Below are positions 27,243-39,200 of a stretch of 64,000 bases of DNA, in pieces; position 1 is the first letter of the stretch; every line of letters begins with the position of its first letter. The position numbers were made by a program, and so were the translations under genes. The stretch lies in NCBI GenBank assembly GCA_000002435.2, contig CM018791.1, one strand, 5' to 3'. This DNA comes from Giardia intestinalis. Lineage: Eukaryota. The notes under the pieces were generated by a model. It saw only the letters and a list, made by a program, of their open reading frames with translations, was not told the origin of the DNA and searched no databases.

Positions 27243-30198
27243 GCCTTCTGTTTCTTTTTGCCCTGTCCTGGCGGTCCAAGATGCTATCCTGCGATGAGAG
27301 GTCTTTCGAGAACGGATGCGAGAAGTCTGGGATTGCTACATGCCGTCCACCTGACTGTGAGGGTGAGTAGGACTGGAGTAGCGGCAAGGAGTGGGAGCTC
27401 ATGTTGTCCATAGAGCTGTATGCCTGATCAATCTGCCCATTTCCTGCTTGTCCTCTGCGGGTTTTTTGTTTCAGATCTGAGCTGCCTAACCGAGAGGGGC
27501 CGTACTCTATGCTTAGTTCTCTATTAACCAACTGAACAGCCTTTGCTCGCTTGCTTGCCAGTGTATATTTATATCTATATTTCAAGAACAGAGAGAGGAC
27601 CGTGATGAAGAGGAGCAGGATGAGTGTCGCAACGGACCAGAACACGACAATAAGGGCTATAGACATCTTAGAATGATAACCAACAAAGCTTATGAACTCC
27701 TCTCCACTGAAAGAAGAGGAAAGATACCGAGTCTCGTAAAACTGAATGGTAGTCCTATCGATGGTGTGCCCCCAGATAGGGTCTACTATCGGCTGGTTGG
27801 TAAGATTGCTTGCAGCGGTATCGACAGCTGCCACAACCACTAAGTAGTAAGGCTCGTGCTTGTACGAAGGAAGGTCAACGGGAATGCGAAGCATGGACCA
27901 GGTGTTATTTGCTTGCTCGATAAACTCAGGAGTATATATTTCAGTATTGTCTGCAGCGGGTGCAACGACCCACTCGCTTACTCTATAAACAACATTAGAT
28001 GTATCCATATCTTGTACACTAGGTGTATGCTCTAGTGCCCCCTCTAGCCCACATCTGGAAATAGGGACCATCGGATAGGCCTGTCTAACCTCAGCCACGG
28101 ATGCACACGGGACCAAGTAAACGGCGTATGCAATATGAATGCCGGCCTCTCCGGTGTAAGCGGTGTACCTTTGTGCCGGTGCCTTGGCGCTATCCACCTC
28201 AATTATGTCAGACATAAGTCCCGTATGGATTCTAACTCGCGAATCGCCAATGATGATCCCCGCAAACCTTGTTAAATACCCAATTTTATAAGAGATTGCT
28301 GAGGGAGAGACATATTCTGTATCAAGGATCCTAACAAATGTAGCGTATGACGAGTACACAGGGGCATACACCATTGCCTCTGTGATAGGAACAAGCATGT
28401 CCAGGAAATTGATTCCCGAATGATCCATGTTGTCGGTCAGGCGGAGCTTAATTGGTTTTTTGTTGCTTTGATTTGAAAGGAACAGAGACGTATTACAAAC
28501 ATCAAAATAGATGTACCCACTGAGAGTGCTGACTCCCGTAGTGTGGCCAGAGTCTATGTAATATAGGTTCAAGGCCGATAGTGGATTGCTCTCTGTTCCA
28601 TAGAGCAATCCTGGTCTCAACGGAGCTGGCTTGGCCGCGTTTAGAATCAGGAGATCCAAATCAACAGAATGTTCAAGCTTTATATAGATTGAGCCGGTAT
28701 CTGGCTGTACTGAGAAGTCTTCTGGGCGAATCCGGAGGACAGCAGATTTATTTGTTATTGCCTCGAGATAGGTTGGTATGACAGAGCTCCCTGCATAGTT
28801 AACTCCACTAAGGTGGGGGAAGTTCATAACGTAAGCAAGAGAGTTATGAGTTTCGTTCGGATAGACAAGCGTAGTACTTAAGAAGAACTGCACATACGGG
28901 TGAAAGTTGGGAATAGAGACTTCGTAGAACGGGCGGAGCGTGATAACAACAACGAGCTCATCATCTATCCAGCCAGGATTCTCTATGATGAGAAGGGTTG
29001 CCTTGTTGCGATTATTTTTATTCACGAAGGATAGTGTCTCTGTGGCGCCGGTTATGAAGTTAACGTTAGTAAGGAATATCTTGCAGCTCCCGGCACTCTT
29101 TAAATTATATATCTCTGCTGACGTTGAGGCCTGGTACCCGGCAAACGAGGATAAGTCGGAGACATAGATAGAGGAAAGGTATCCTGGCGGAGTTACCTCC
29201 TGTACGGTCATCCACGCGTACCGAAGAGTGTTCTGCAGTATTAGGGAGCAGGCTACACTAAGGATATTATATCTAAGACAGATCCTGATGGAGGAATAAG
29301 GAATGCGCTCGGCGTCGAGACAGGTCGAGCCTATTAGTATTTGTGTTCCTGCTCGATAGTCAGATATGTCAACGGTATAGTGTATGGGTACATTATAATA
29401 GTCTATCTGCAAGTCAGGAGTAAAGCGCTGGTAGCGCTCAACATACGATATTGTCAAAGAGGAGAGTTCGTCGTGGAGATTGACAGTAAGGTAGTAGAAG
29501 CTTGACTCCATAAAGAGGCGCTTTGGGAGCGTTAAGTGGTCCTCTTGGTCGTTGGTAGCAGCAACGTACTGATACGTGTTACCAACAGAGCGAATGAGTA
29601 GGGTGGTAGGGTTGGCCAGCGACTCTCTTTTTGTAGCGAACGGTTGAGAATGAAGATCGATGAAGCAAGTAGGAGGAGCGTTCGCAGGTGTTTTATCGCC
29701 ATCAGAGAATGTGAGGAGGATGTCATGGAGTCCATCGTTTGCTAAGGCGAGAACACGCTCGCTTGCACGTGCATTGCCAGCAATAGTTATACTTTTTCCA
29801 TATATCAACTGCCTAAAGAGCCCGGCTGTGAAGTTTATGGTCGTAGGCATGGTAGCCTGGACTGTGAAATCGATGACAGATGGTGTAGAGCTTTCAGATA
29901 GCTGAATCAAGGAGGCTACTGTTTCCAACGGAATGGCAGTCATGTTGCTTCCCGTCGTTAACAAAAGCGGTATCCTCCCTACAGATACGCTCACAGTCGA
30001 CGTCTTTGCATAGGAAGTAAGGTTGACGCATAGGAGAGGCGAACTATTATGAACTGGCGTATATGTATACCTTATAGTGGCTGTGGAGTCTATGTCTAGA
30101 GAGATTGGTTCCATGTCCTTTATATTATAGACTCCTTCAGTGCTATGGGACGCTAGTATCATGGAAAGAAGAGCGAGTTGCAGTGTTCCCGGCCCCAT
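27238..30198 (-). CDS. Large type I membrane glycoprotein (signal peptide, approx 830-aa ectodomain, one TM, approx 110-aa cytoplasmic tail), family unknown
   Basis: The track start at 30207 is a TTG, and the ATG is at 30198. The N-terminal signal peptide is MGPGTLQLALLSMILASHS. It has many N-x-S/T sites, a single TM helix (IALIVVFWSVATLILLLFITVLSLFL) and a basic/Ser-rich tail. Confidence 0.75.
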   Translation of the reverse strand: MGPGTLQLALLSMILASHSTEGVYNIKDMEPISLDIDSTATIRYTYTPVHNSSPLLCVNLTSYAKTSTVSVSVGRIPLLLTTGSNMTAIPLETVASLIQLSESSTPSVIDFTVQATMPTTINFTAGLFRQLIYGKSITIAGNARASERVLALANDGLHDILLTFSDGDKTPANAPPTCFIDLHSQPFATKRESLANPTTLLIRSVGNTYQYVAATNDQEDHLTLPKRLFMESSFYYLTVNLHDELSSLTISYVERYQRFTPDLQIDYYNVPIHYTVDISDYRAGTQILIGSTCLDAERIPYSSIRICLRYNILSVACSLILQNTLRYAWMTVQEVTPPGYLSSIYVSDLSSFAGYQASTSAEIYNLKSAGSCKIFLTNVNFITGATETLSFVNKNNRNKATLLIIENPGWIDDELVVVITLRPFYEVSIPNFHPYVQFFLSTTLVYPNETHNSLAYVMNFPHLSGVNYAGSSVIPTYLEAITNKSAVLRIRPEDFSVQPDTGSIYIKLEHSVDLDLLILNAAKPAPLRPGLLYGTESNPLSALNLYYIDSGHTTGVSTLSGYIYFDVCNTSLFLSNQSNKKPIKLRLTDNMDHSGINFLDMLVPITEAMVYAPVYSSYATFVRILDTEYVSPSAISYKIGYLTRFAGIIIGDSRVRIHTGLMSDIIEVDSAKAPAQRYTAYTGEAGIHIAYAVYLVPCASVAEVRQAYPMVPISRCGLEGALEHTPSVQDMDTSNVVYRVSEWVVAPAADNTEIYTPEFIEQANNTWSMLRIPVDLPSYKHEPYYLVVVAAVDTAASNLTNQPIVDPIWGHTIDRTTIQFYETRYLSSSFSGEEFISFVGYHSKMSIALIVVFWSVATLILLLFITVLSLFLKYRYKYTLASKRAKAVQLVNRELSIEYGPSRLGSSDLKQKTRRGQAGNGQIDQAYSSMDNMSSHSLPLLQSYSPSQSGGRHVAIPDFSHPFSKDLSSQDSILDRQDRAKRNRRQ

Positions 30199-30270
30199 TA
30201 TGGGCAAAACTGTTTGTAGAGATGAGGATGGGTTTGCTTTTTATTTTTCTCTGAGTATTTCTACTCTACC

Positions 30271-33200
30271 ATGCCTCCTCTGGCCCGTAGAGACCTTACC
30301 ATTCCTGCAGCCCTGCGCGCTATCTCTCGACAAACAGGGCACCGCATCTCATGTGATGAGAAGCGTGCGAAGTCAAGCATCTCTCAGTTTCGCAGCCACT
30401 CCCCTCAACCGTCATACCTTGCATCGGAAGCCCGTCTCAGTGGATACAAAAGTATATTTAAGGCGCAAAATCCACCGAAAGTCCTTTCCAGTATTGATGC
30501 TTTTCTTCGTCCGAACGAAGAAAAGAAAGAACCCATCTCCCCGCCATCAGAGGCGGTCATAGGCTCGCCAAGGATGTTTACCATGAGCCCAAAGTTTGCC
30601 AGAAGTAAGGCACTTGGCATAGATCCCCGCTCTCTAGCGCCCTCAGACAATATTTACTATAAAGCAGCCGAGTTTCCCAGTCAAAATGCAGAGTTCTACA
30701 GCAATCAGCCACCACCCATCACAAGCAGCCTCCCAGATACAGCATACAGCAAGGCGGTTCATCCTCCGACAACCGAGGACGGAATCCGACGTGTGGGCAG
30801 CGTCATGTCTGTGTTGCGGCCAACAGATGCGGCTCCCCGACTAGAAAAGGCGCAAGCAGCAGACTTCCTTTTAGAACAACTCATAGAGAACTCGGTTCAG
30901 ATCCTGCACGGGCTCGGACTCAGTAGGATTTATGAAGCAAACCAGACCCAAAATTGGTATGAATGTGAGGTAATTGCAAAAATGGGTGATAAGTTTGAAG
31001 TGTACTTTCCTGCTATCAACCATAAGAAGATAGTAACATTGAAGAACCTAATATTAAAGCAAATTACGATCACACAGGCCTCTGATGTTACTCTTCCTAT
31101 GTTGCCAAACTACAGTTCGCAGAACACCAACTCAATGGCTGCAATCACTAATGCAATACCCACAGTTCCTGAGGCACAGAGTTTAGCACACGCTCCTTTC
31201 TCACCTCCCTCTGAACAGAGAGACAAGGGCACAGTTGCAGACTCCGCACACATGGCCTCATTCAGTACACTTGCTGATAAGCCAGCGGTTGTTCTTCCTC
31301 CAAGAAAAAAATCCAGACCAGCTCCTCACACCGCTAGTTCTGACTCACATTACCAGTCAGTGCCCATTACCTTAGATGATATAGCAGAAGCAACAGACTC
31401 TCAGCAGATCAATCTGTTTGATGAATCTTTTGATAACTCATCTTTTACCCACGTAATCACACAACCCTATGTTCATGTAACGGTATCTCCCTGTATGCCC
31501 TGCATCTCTCTGGAGCCACCTAGCAGTATGAGCGCATCGGAATGCACAGTAAGAAGTGATATTCAACCCGCACCAGAGCTTGAGGAGCCCGGCTGTGCTA
31601 ACCTTTCCGTCATGGCAGATATGCTCAGTGATCTTATTAATGAAATCACACCAGCGTATAACACGTCACTATTTGGGAAGCGCCCCTCCTCCTGTCGACT
31701 GAATATCACGGACGCTCAATCTGATCCCGATGCAGTCCCTTCAAATATGTACAGGGGACATGCAAATCATACTGGTGCTCCATTTGATTGCGTAGAGTTG
31801 TATGAGGCCACTGAGCAGCCAAACAACGCTAACACTACTTTTGAGTGTACAGATTTCCTTGAGCAGGTGCTGAATAGCGCTAGTCCAGAGGTAAACAATG
31901 ACCCCAAGGAGTCATCTCTTACGGCGAACATTGTTCTCACCGATGCTAAAGGCCCACCAGATATATTCCTTTCCAACGACACAACGACTAGCAAGACCGA
32001 TCAGTTTGAAATCACACTTAAGCCATTGGCTGCACCAAAGGAGCAAGACACACTCTGTACATATACCCCCATACAGCAGCTCCCGCTGACACCCTCAAGG
32101 AACAAGCCTACCAGAACCATTGACTTAGTGTCTCTTCTGGGGATAACAACGCACACAGAGCTTATCAATGTGTTCCTGGAGTGTATAGATCACTTCACTC
32201 TCAAAGACCGCTTTGCAATGGCTGTTCGCTATCTGTCTTCGGAAATTCTTCACCGCAAGGTCCAAAACCACCAGTATTTAAGTATATTTACCACTTCCAT
32301 CATAGCAGCACTACTGGAGCTACGATTGCCCCACACAAGCCGTGCATCATATACGATAGACTGCGTTACGGATTACCGCGAGGCACAAATAAGATTGGAT
32401 AAGGTGCGCTTCAAATGCAACGCCGATCGCCTCCAGGCACTTCAGAATCTTGCACACGAAAAAGAGCTGCTTTACAAAAAGCTCTGCCTCACCTTTCAAA
32501 CTAAGAATCTGACTACCAGCTCTGCTGTCGAGTTGTGCTCCATCGGAATCAAATCTGCTCAACCTATCTTAAACCACATCAGAACGAGCAAGCTAACCCT
32601 TCATCTGGAGTCACTAGATCCCCCTGCTTTCAACTTCCAGCAGACAATGGCAGATGCAGTCATGGACTACCTGGCCAATGCACAGACGACTGATCTTCAA
32701 ATCCAGCTTATTCAAGAGGCCTCTATCAATACCTCTTCCCCTATTCACTGGTGTCACACATATCTTGCTAGCTTTTTATGGAACACATCCAAATATTACC
32801 TCACTGCTCAAAACACTTCTATAGTCAACTACATGGCACAAACGGCTGCTGATCGTCGCTTGATGATGGAGCGGGGAATAGCTGCACTATCTAATATCTC
32901 GTACCTGAGTGCAGATCGAGCGATGTTTCTACTTTTCCGACAACTTACAGCTACCATCGAAGACTATATCGGATATCTGACGCTTACGCCGGATCTCCTT
33001 TTGGTGACTGGGATTCCGTTTTACCCAAAGGTCTCGCCGGATATTTTAGGGTCCATTGTTTTCACAGAAGACTCTGAACAAAGGGAAAAGCGACTAGTAA
33101 CGGAAAATGGCGTCTCCCTTGATCCTGATCAAAAGGTAGTGATGTTCGACGGATACTCTCTCAAGAAAAGACTTGGCTACCGGTTTTTTCCCGAGGTGCA

Positions 33201-36200
33201 GATGGCAGCAAACAACACGGCCCACGGACATTCGGTTCCACTAACTAACATCATCAACGATACACCGGCGCGCTCGCTCTTCATCAGAATTGAAAAGGGC
33301 ATCAATTTCATGCAGAAACTAGACTTTTATCTAACAAACTCCTTCATTCTCCTCTTTGAGATCCTAATTCCATACATTCAAGAGACGCTGCTAAGTAATT
33401 ATGACCAGAAAATGCAAAGAAGTCTTGAGAAGATGATTAAGATGGAAAAGATTAACAGCAAGCGGCAAAAGCTGCCCGATGAGACCATTGAGAAATTGGC
33501 TATCCAGGCGCAGAGTTCCCTGAAACACGGATATGTAGAACTGGAAAAGCAAATAGAGGTATACATATATAGACTTTTCAACAAGGTTTTCGAGGATACA
33601 GTTTTTCCACTGTGGTTAGGGCTAATTCATAGCTTGTTGCACAGTATTGATGTACCAGAGAAATGTGATAGATATGCTCTTCATAGCGGTACAAGTGCAA
33701 TGTCAGAAGAGGTGGCATCAATACAACAGCACCACGAACATTGTAGTGCAGACGCGACCACCCTTGATGCTCTTACAAAGAACATGAAGGGCTCCACAGG
33801 GTCAGGAATCGACGAAAGCACTCTCCGTGCCACAGATCTTTGCACTGAGCGCACGGCATCATTTTTGCAGATGCCTGAATCAGTAGAACTGGATTCAGAC
33901 TCGGCGCCTTCTTCAGTACTGGTAAGTGGGATGAATGTGGACGCAGACAACCTCCTACTCTCACACGTTTCCGCAATGCGTGGATGCAATTTATCTTCCT
34001 CACTTCAAAGTGGGCCATTGGTGCTTACTAAGTTATTTACCCCAGAGATCGCCAACTTTTTTCTACAACTGCAGGAGAAGTTTGCTAATATAAAGCAGAA
34101 ATACCAGCAGGTGTCTAGCATACTATTCACCACTCCTTACACCCGGCCAATCTTCGAAAGCTTAGATTTGGATCTAAACTACTTTCAAGCAGATATGGCG
34201 CAAAACTCTTTGGACACGGCCAAGGAGTCAATAGAGCATATTCTTAACGTGCTTTCAACGCTGGTAATACATGTTATCTTTGAAACGAACAGCTATGGGC
34301 TCATCAGTAATATCGCTTTCGATCCATCTTCGGACTCTATTTATTCCGGTTTACTCTGCTTTATCTTTGATTTGGTGGACTTTTACTCGGCCACACCGAC
34401 CCTCGTGAACGTCCTCCTCAATCGCCGGGTCAATGCGCAGGTAGACATTGTTGACCTCATAGCAGACTCAGCTGGAATGGGTGTCAAGCGGCCTCATGTA
34501 AGGGGTGGCAGGGAACATGCAGTGTCAGAAGCAATCCAGGGACCAACGTACCTATATGATAACGAGCCTGCACTTGATAACGATCAGCTTGTCTCACGAA
34601 GTGTTATTGGCATGAACACGACACTGCTGAGACCGCTGGTGAGTCCCGACACGAAAGATATGTCTGCAAACTCCTATCTCGATGTGGCAAAAGATGTGGT
34701 AGACTCCTTTGTAATCGAAAACTGGAATATCTTCAAGCGAGAATCAGTCTATTCTGAATACATCAAAATGTTTTTTGATTTGGACATAACTTCTTGCACA
34801 CAGAGCTATCAGCTGCATTCCTCTCAGCCCCCATGCGCTTCAAAGAACCCCAAAAAGGCTCCTGTCCATGCACAAAATGCTTCTGCTATAGATCCTTTTG
34901 AAACTGCTGATCTAAAAATCCCTCATGCAATTACAAAACGAAAGCGGCAGCTATCTCGTGTAACCAGTCGATTGCGCAACGATCCGCCAGCTAGTGGCCT
35001 CAAGCTGATGAGCGTAGCAAAGCTAGCCCTCACAAACATGTCTATCTACTTAAAATCACTACAGAACGACTTCTCGACATTCTATCACGCCAATCTTTTG
35101 GCACTACGGGATCTATTTAATGAAGCCTATCTCTTTCCGCGCGAAGTCTACACAGGTTCTAAAACCATGCTGTCTCTCTATTCACTATTCAGATCTAAGC
35201 TCAAGGCTCTAAGGAAGAATCATACCAAACAGATCAATGGTAGGCTGGCCAAAGAACTAGGGCTGTCCACAGATGTCAAGGACGACGTCGAGAGTAGAAA
35301 AATACCAATAGAAGATATGGTTGCTTCTGCTGAGGTCGTCGTTTCGGAAACGGGTGCTGTCTCTCATCCCTCCATTGATTCCTCACACTTTTACCTCGAC
35401 GAAACCTCTTGTAGAGATTACTTTCTACCTATACACCACCCCATTGCTTCCTACCTACAGGGTGACATGATGGATAAGTTCCTATTTACAACAGAGCCTG
35501 CCGAGCACTCATCACGGAAATACGAGGAAGAGCTTCGTAAATCTGTCGCAGCGAACCGTACTGGGGCCTGCCATGCACGAAATCTTATCTTTGACGAACT
35601 TCTACTCTTCACTGGATACCTGCGGCAGCCTGCAGTTGTGACTGCTCTTTGCCAATTCTATATCCCAGGCGACAAGCCGCCAGAGCTTCTGTCTAAACAT
35701 ATTATCGATATTACCAATACATCCTCTATCATCACACGTATTCTAAGCAACATCTACGGCTTGTCTGAAAGCTATTATGCCGTGACTGCTTTGCCTCCGG
35801 TTTGTTTCTACGGTACCATTAAGATTGATTACAGCAATTATTTGGCAACGGTCGCCCGACAGGCTCATGAGCTCTATGTACTCTATCTAAATCGACTTGA
35901 CGACTATTGCAGACTAATACACGAATGTGGTGTAACATGTATAGAATATATTACAAAGAACTTAATGAACACGCATTTCGATTCGGCAGCTTCTCTTGGC
36001 GCGGTCTACTTTATTTTCAAGAACTTTGCCACATTCTATCCTAAATGGCGCGATTACTATGCATGGTTTAACGATGTCTCTGTCTGCCTGGGAAATATGA
36101 TAATTGATGGCAGGAGAGCTGCTCTTCTGAATGAGAAGCTCTTATACTATCGCACGCAAGGGTCACTTATGCTCATGAAGACATTTAAATCCATGGAAAA

Positions 36201-39200
36201 TCGGTCACAATCGATTTCACAGTGCTATCAGAAACTTATAAGCCAACTGACGCTCATAGATAACTGGGTTCTCAGTACTCAGGACGCCCTCTTTCAGAGA
36301 ATACGGGAGTACATACGCCTCAATACTCAGGCTATCGCCCTGTGTGATGAGGCACCCGCCAAGTTTGCGCAGCAGTACGAGACATTCACCAGAAACTTTG
36401 TCTTTCCACGCGCTGTCCGCAATCTTCACGACAAGGGCGACCTTCTGGATATAACAGCTGTCCTTAAGTCAATTGATTCCGCCACGTGCTTACCATTTTT
36501 ATCCAGCCTCTCGGACTGTTTAAGAAGACGCGAGCCCTCAATTCTGCAGCTCTTCCACAGGGATACCGACGCCTCTGGTATCCCTATTTTTCGCTCTGTT
36601 GACTTTCCGGCGGCGTTTACCGAGTGCGAGGACATAGCGCATCATTTAATTCTCCTGTGCGAAGCCCTAATTAGGACGAGGAAAGACGCCCTTGCTCTTA
36701 ACATGTATCCGTACAACGATAAGACTCTGTTTCCGACTGATAAGGCAATACTGGACGCAATAACGGAGGATAGAAATCTGTCGGCTATAGATGCAGTCAT
36801 ATTCTACGACAAAGACGTTGACACAGCAAAAACACGTACAGCACGACGGGACTACTTTCTCAAGCAGTTGCTGGACCCCGGGGAGTCTCTTAAACTTTCT
36901 TCGAGCACGGTGGATGCAATACTCCACCCCAGCACTCAGCAGGGGCCAGTACTTACTCGCTTAAGAAATCTCTTGCCTCTTCTCTTTCTTATCAACAAGC
37001 TTGTGGCTCTCTACTTCGACTTTCTGAGTAACTTTGAGCAATGGATGAATTGCACGATAGGCCGCCTTAGCCTGTCCGACGTCAAAAACTTTGTGGTGCA
37101 GGTAGTAATAACCGCCACGATTATTCTTGAAACTCTTAGGGATAGCGTGCCCATCTCTGAACTGGCCAGGACTCTCCTTCAATTCATCACTAAAAAGCGG
37201 TCTCAGCTCCAATTATTTTTCATACTGAAGTCGAGCCTTTACAAGATCAACTTTATTCAGTCACCTAACGCAGCTAGGAACGTTTGCCTTAGCTCCTTTG
37301 AGGCCATGGAGGTTGTCACCAACAGGCTGCTACTGCTCAGCGACCTGGAGCCCCTGCGGACAAACGAATTGGGTCAGCTCCTCGGTATTATTCAAGCAAA
37401 CATAGATGAGTTCCTTTGCATTGACCCGCGAGATCTACATGTAGTGGATTTTTACGTCCGAGATCTGTTGAAATATAATCGGTCTAAATATTCTGATGAA
37501 ACAAAGGTGAAAATATTTTTGGAGATAGTGAGCAATCACGAATGTTCCATTATGAGGTCCTACCGGATAGGCCTGCACCGAATTCGTGCGGAGCGATTTC
37601 AATACATCCAGTCCTCTTTGATTCAGCGAGCATTAGCAAACAAGGAAAATAGAGTCAATCCAGATGAAAGGCTCGAGTTTCCTTGCCACTTTCTCGTCTC
37701 CAGAACGGGAGGGTTCGTTTTGGAGACGACCGTTCTGCAACCACAAGTCCTAGAGGTTGTCAGTAAGTATGCATCCACCAGTGATCAAGGCACAACGCAG
37801 ACGGCCGAGAAGCTACCAGCAGCGAGTCGCAAGGCCCTCTATTCCTTTCACTCTGAAGAGCTGAGTGGGAAACTTCAGGACTTAACAAAAGTCAGTATGT
37901 CAGACACGCTCGACGCTAGTCTAGAGATGTATGAAGAGGGCAGAGATACTGACTCTGCCAAGACAGTGGAGCCCGATGAAAAGCTCACTATGACGGCAGC
38001 CCTGGCCCAGAAGGAGGGCATTGTGATACGGGGCCCGATACGCAACGCAGCCATCAACGCTTCTCAATGCTTCTCTACAGGAATATTTTATGAAGCTTGT
38101 ACTTTTGGATATCTAGCTTATCAATACTTTGGCCTTTTTGTCCTTGATCAGGATGAAAAAGACAACAAGCAGCCAAATGTGGATCTCGGTAAGTCATCTA
38201 GAAAGTGTGGTAATAACATAGCTGCAGAAACTCGCCGCTACAATTCGTCGCTGGACCGGATTAAGCTTCTAGGGTCTGACGAGCCAGTTATTTATTCACG
38301 CGTCAGTGCTGATTATTCGCCTCTTAATTCTGTGTACTTGAAGCAAAACTATCCGAGCTTTCTGGATAAGTCACACTTTCTATCCTTGTGCTACCATGCC
38401 GATTTCACTCTTGTGGGCGACAAACGCGGGAAGCTTCTCTTTCTTGAAAAGAAGCTTACCATTAAGGTGCCGCGTAAGCTCTTTGAGCTGGACTCACAGC
38501 TGCAGTATGACCTTTTAGGCCTCCAGGGACCGCTTAGTCACACGACTGAGCAGCGGCCTGCTGCCCCGACTTGCATGGCTTTAAAAAGGCTCACAATTAT
38601 TCCTGATATCAATCTGCACATCTTCACAATTCTCTGTGCTGTCCTTCAGAATTATGTGACGTTTGACTCTCTCGCATCCCATCTGTTCGATCTGGACGCA
38701 ATTCATCAGCTTGTGTCACTGCAGTGGCGGGTGTATCTTCTGATGAGCAGATGCATTTTTATTATCTCATATGTCAGGGCCCACGCAAATAAGCTTTTTT
38801 ACTATGTCGATATGCAGACCATTTGTCTGCAAGCTAGAGGCTTGCCCGTTCTAGTGCCAGCTGTGCACACTAGAGCAGTGACCCACAAATTCTTAACGTT
38901 ACTATACAAGACACAAACCCTGCTCAGTACAGCCCAATCCAATGGAGCGACGATGAGCAATATCGCCTCTCGAAAGGTACTCAGAGACACCATCTTTGCG
39001 CAGATAAAGGACCTTATTGAGTTTGAGGGCGAAATAGTCGCCGCAAACATGCCATTTCTACAGCATTCGGGGACCCTCCGAGACAGTGCTAATTTTCCAG
39101 ATAGCTACATGCTATCGCGTCAATTTCTTGTCAGCTCCTTTATTGAATCAATCATATATGATAACTTTTACTCTCCTGTCATATGCTCTGCAGATAAGCT

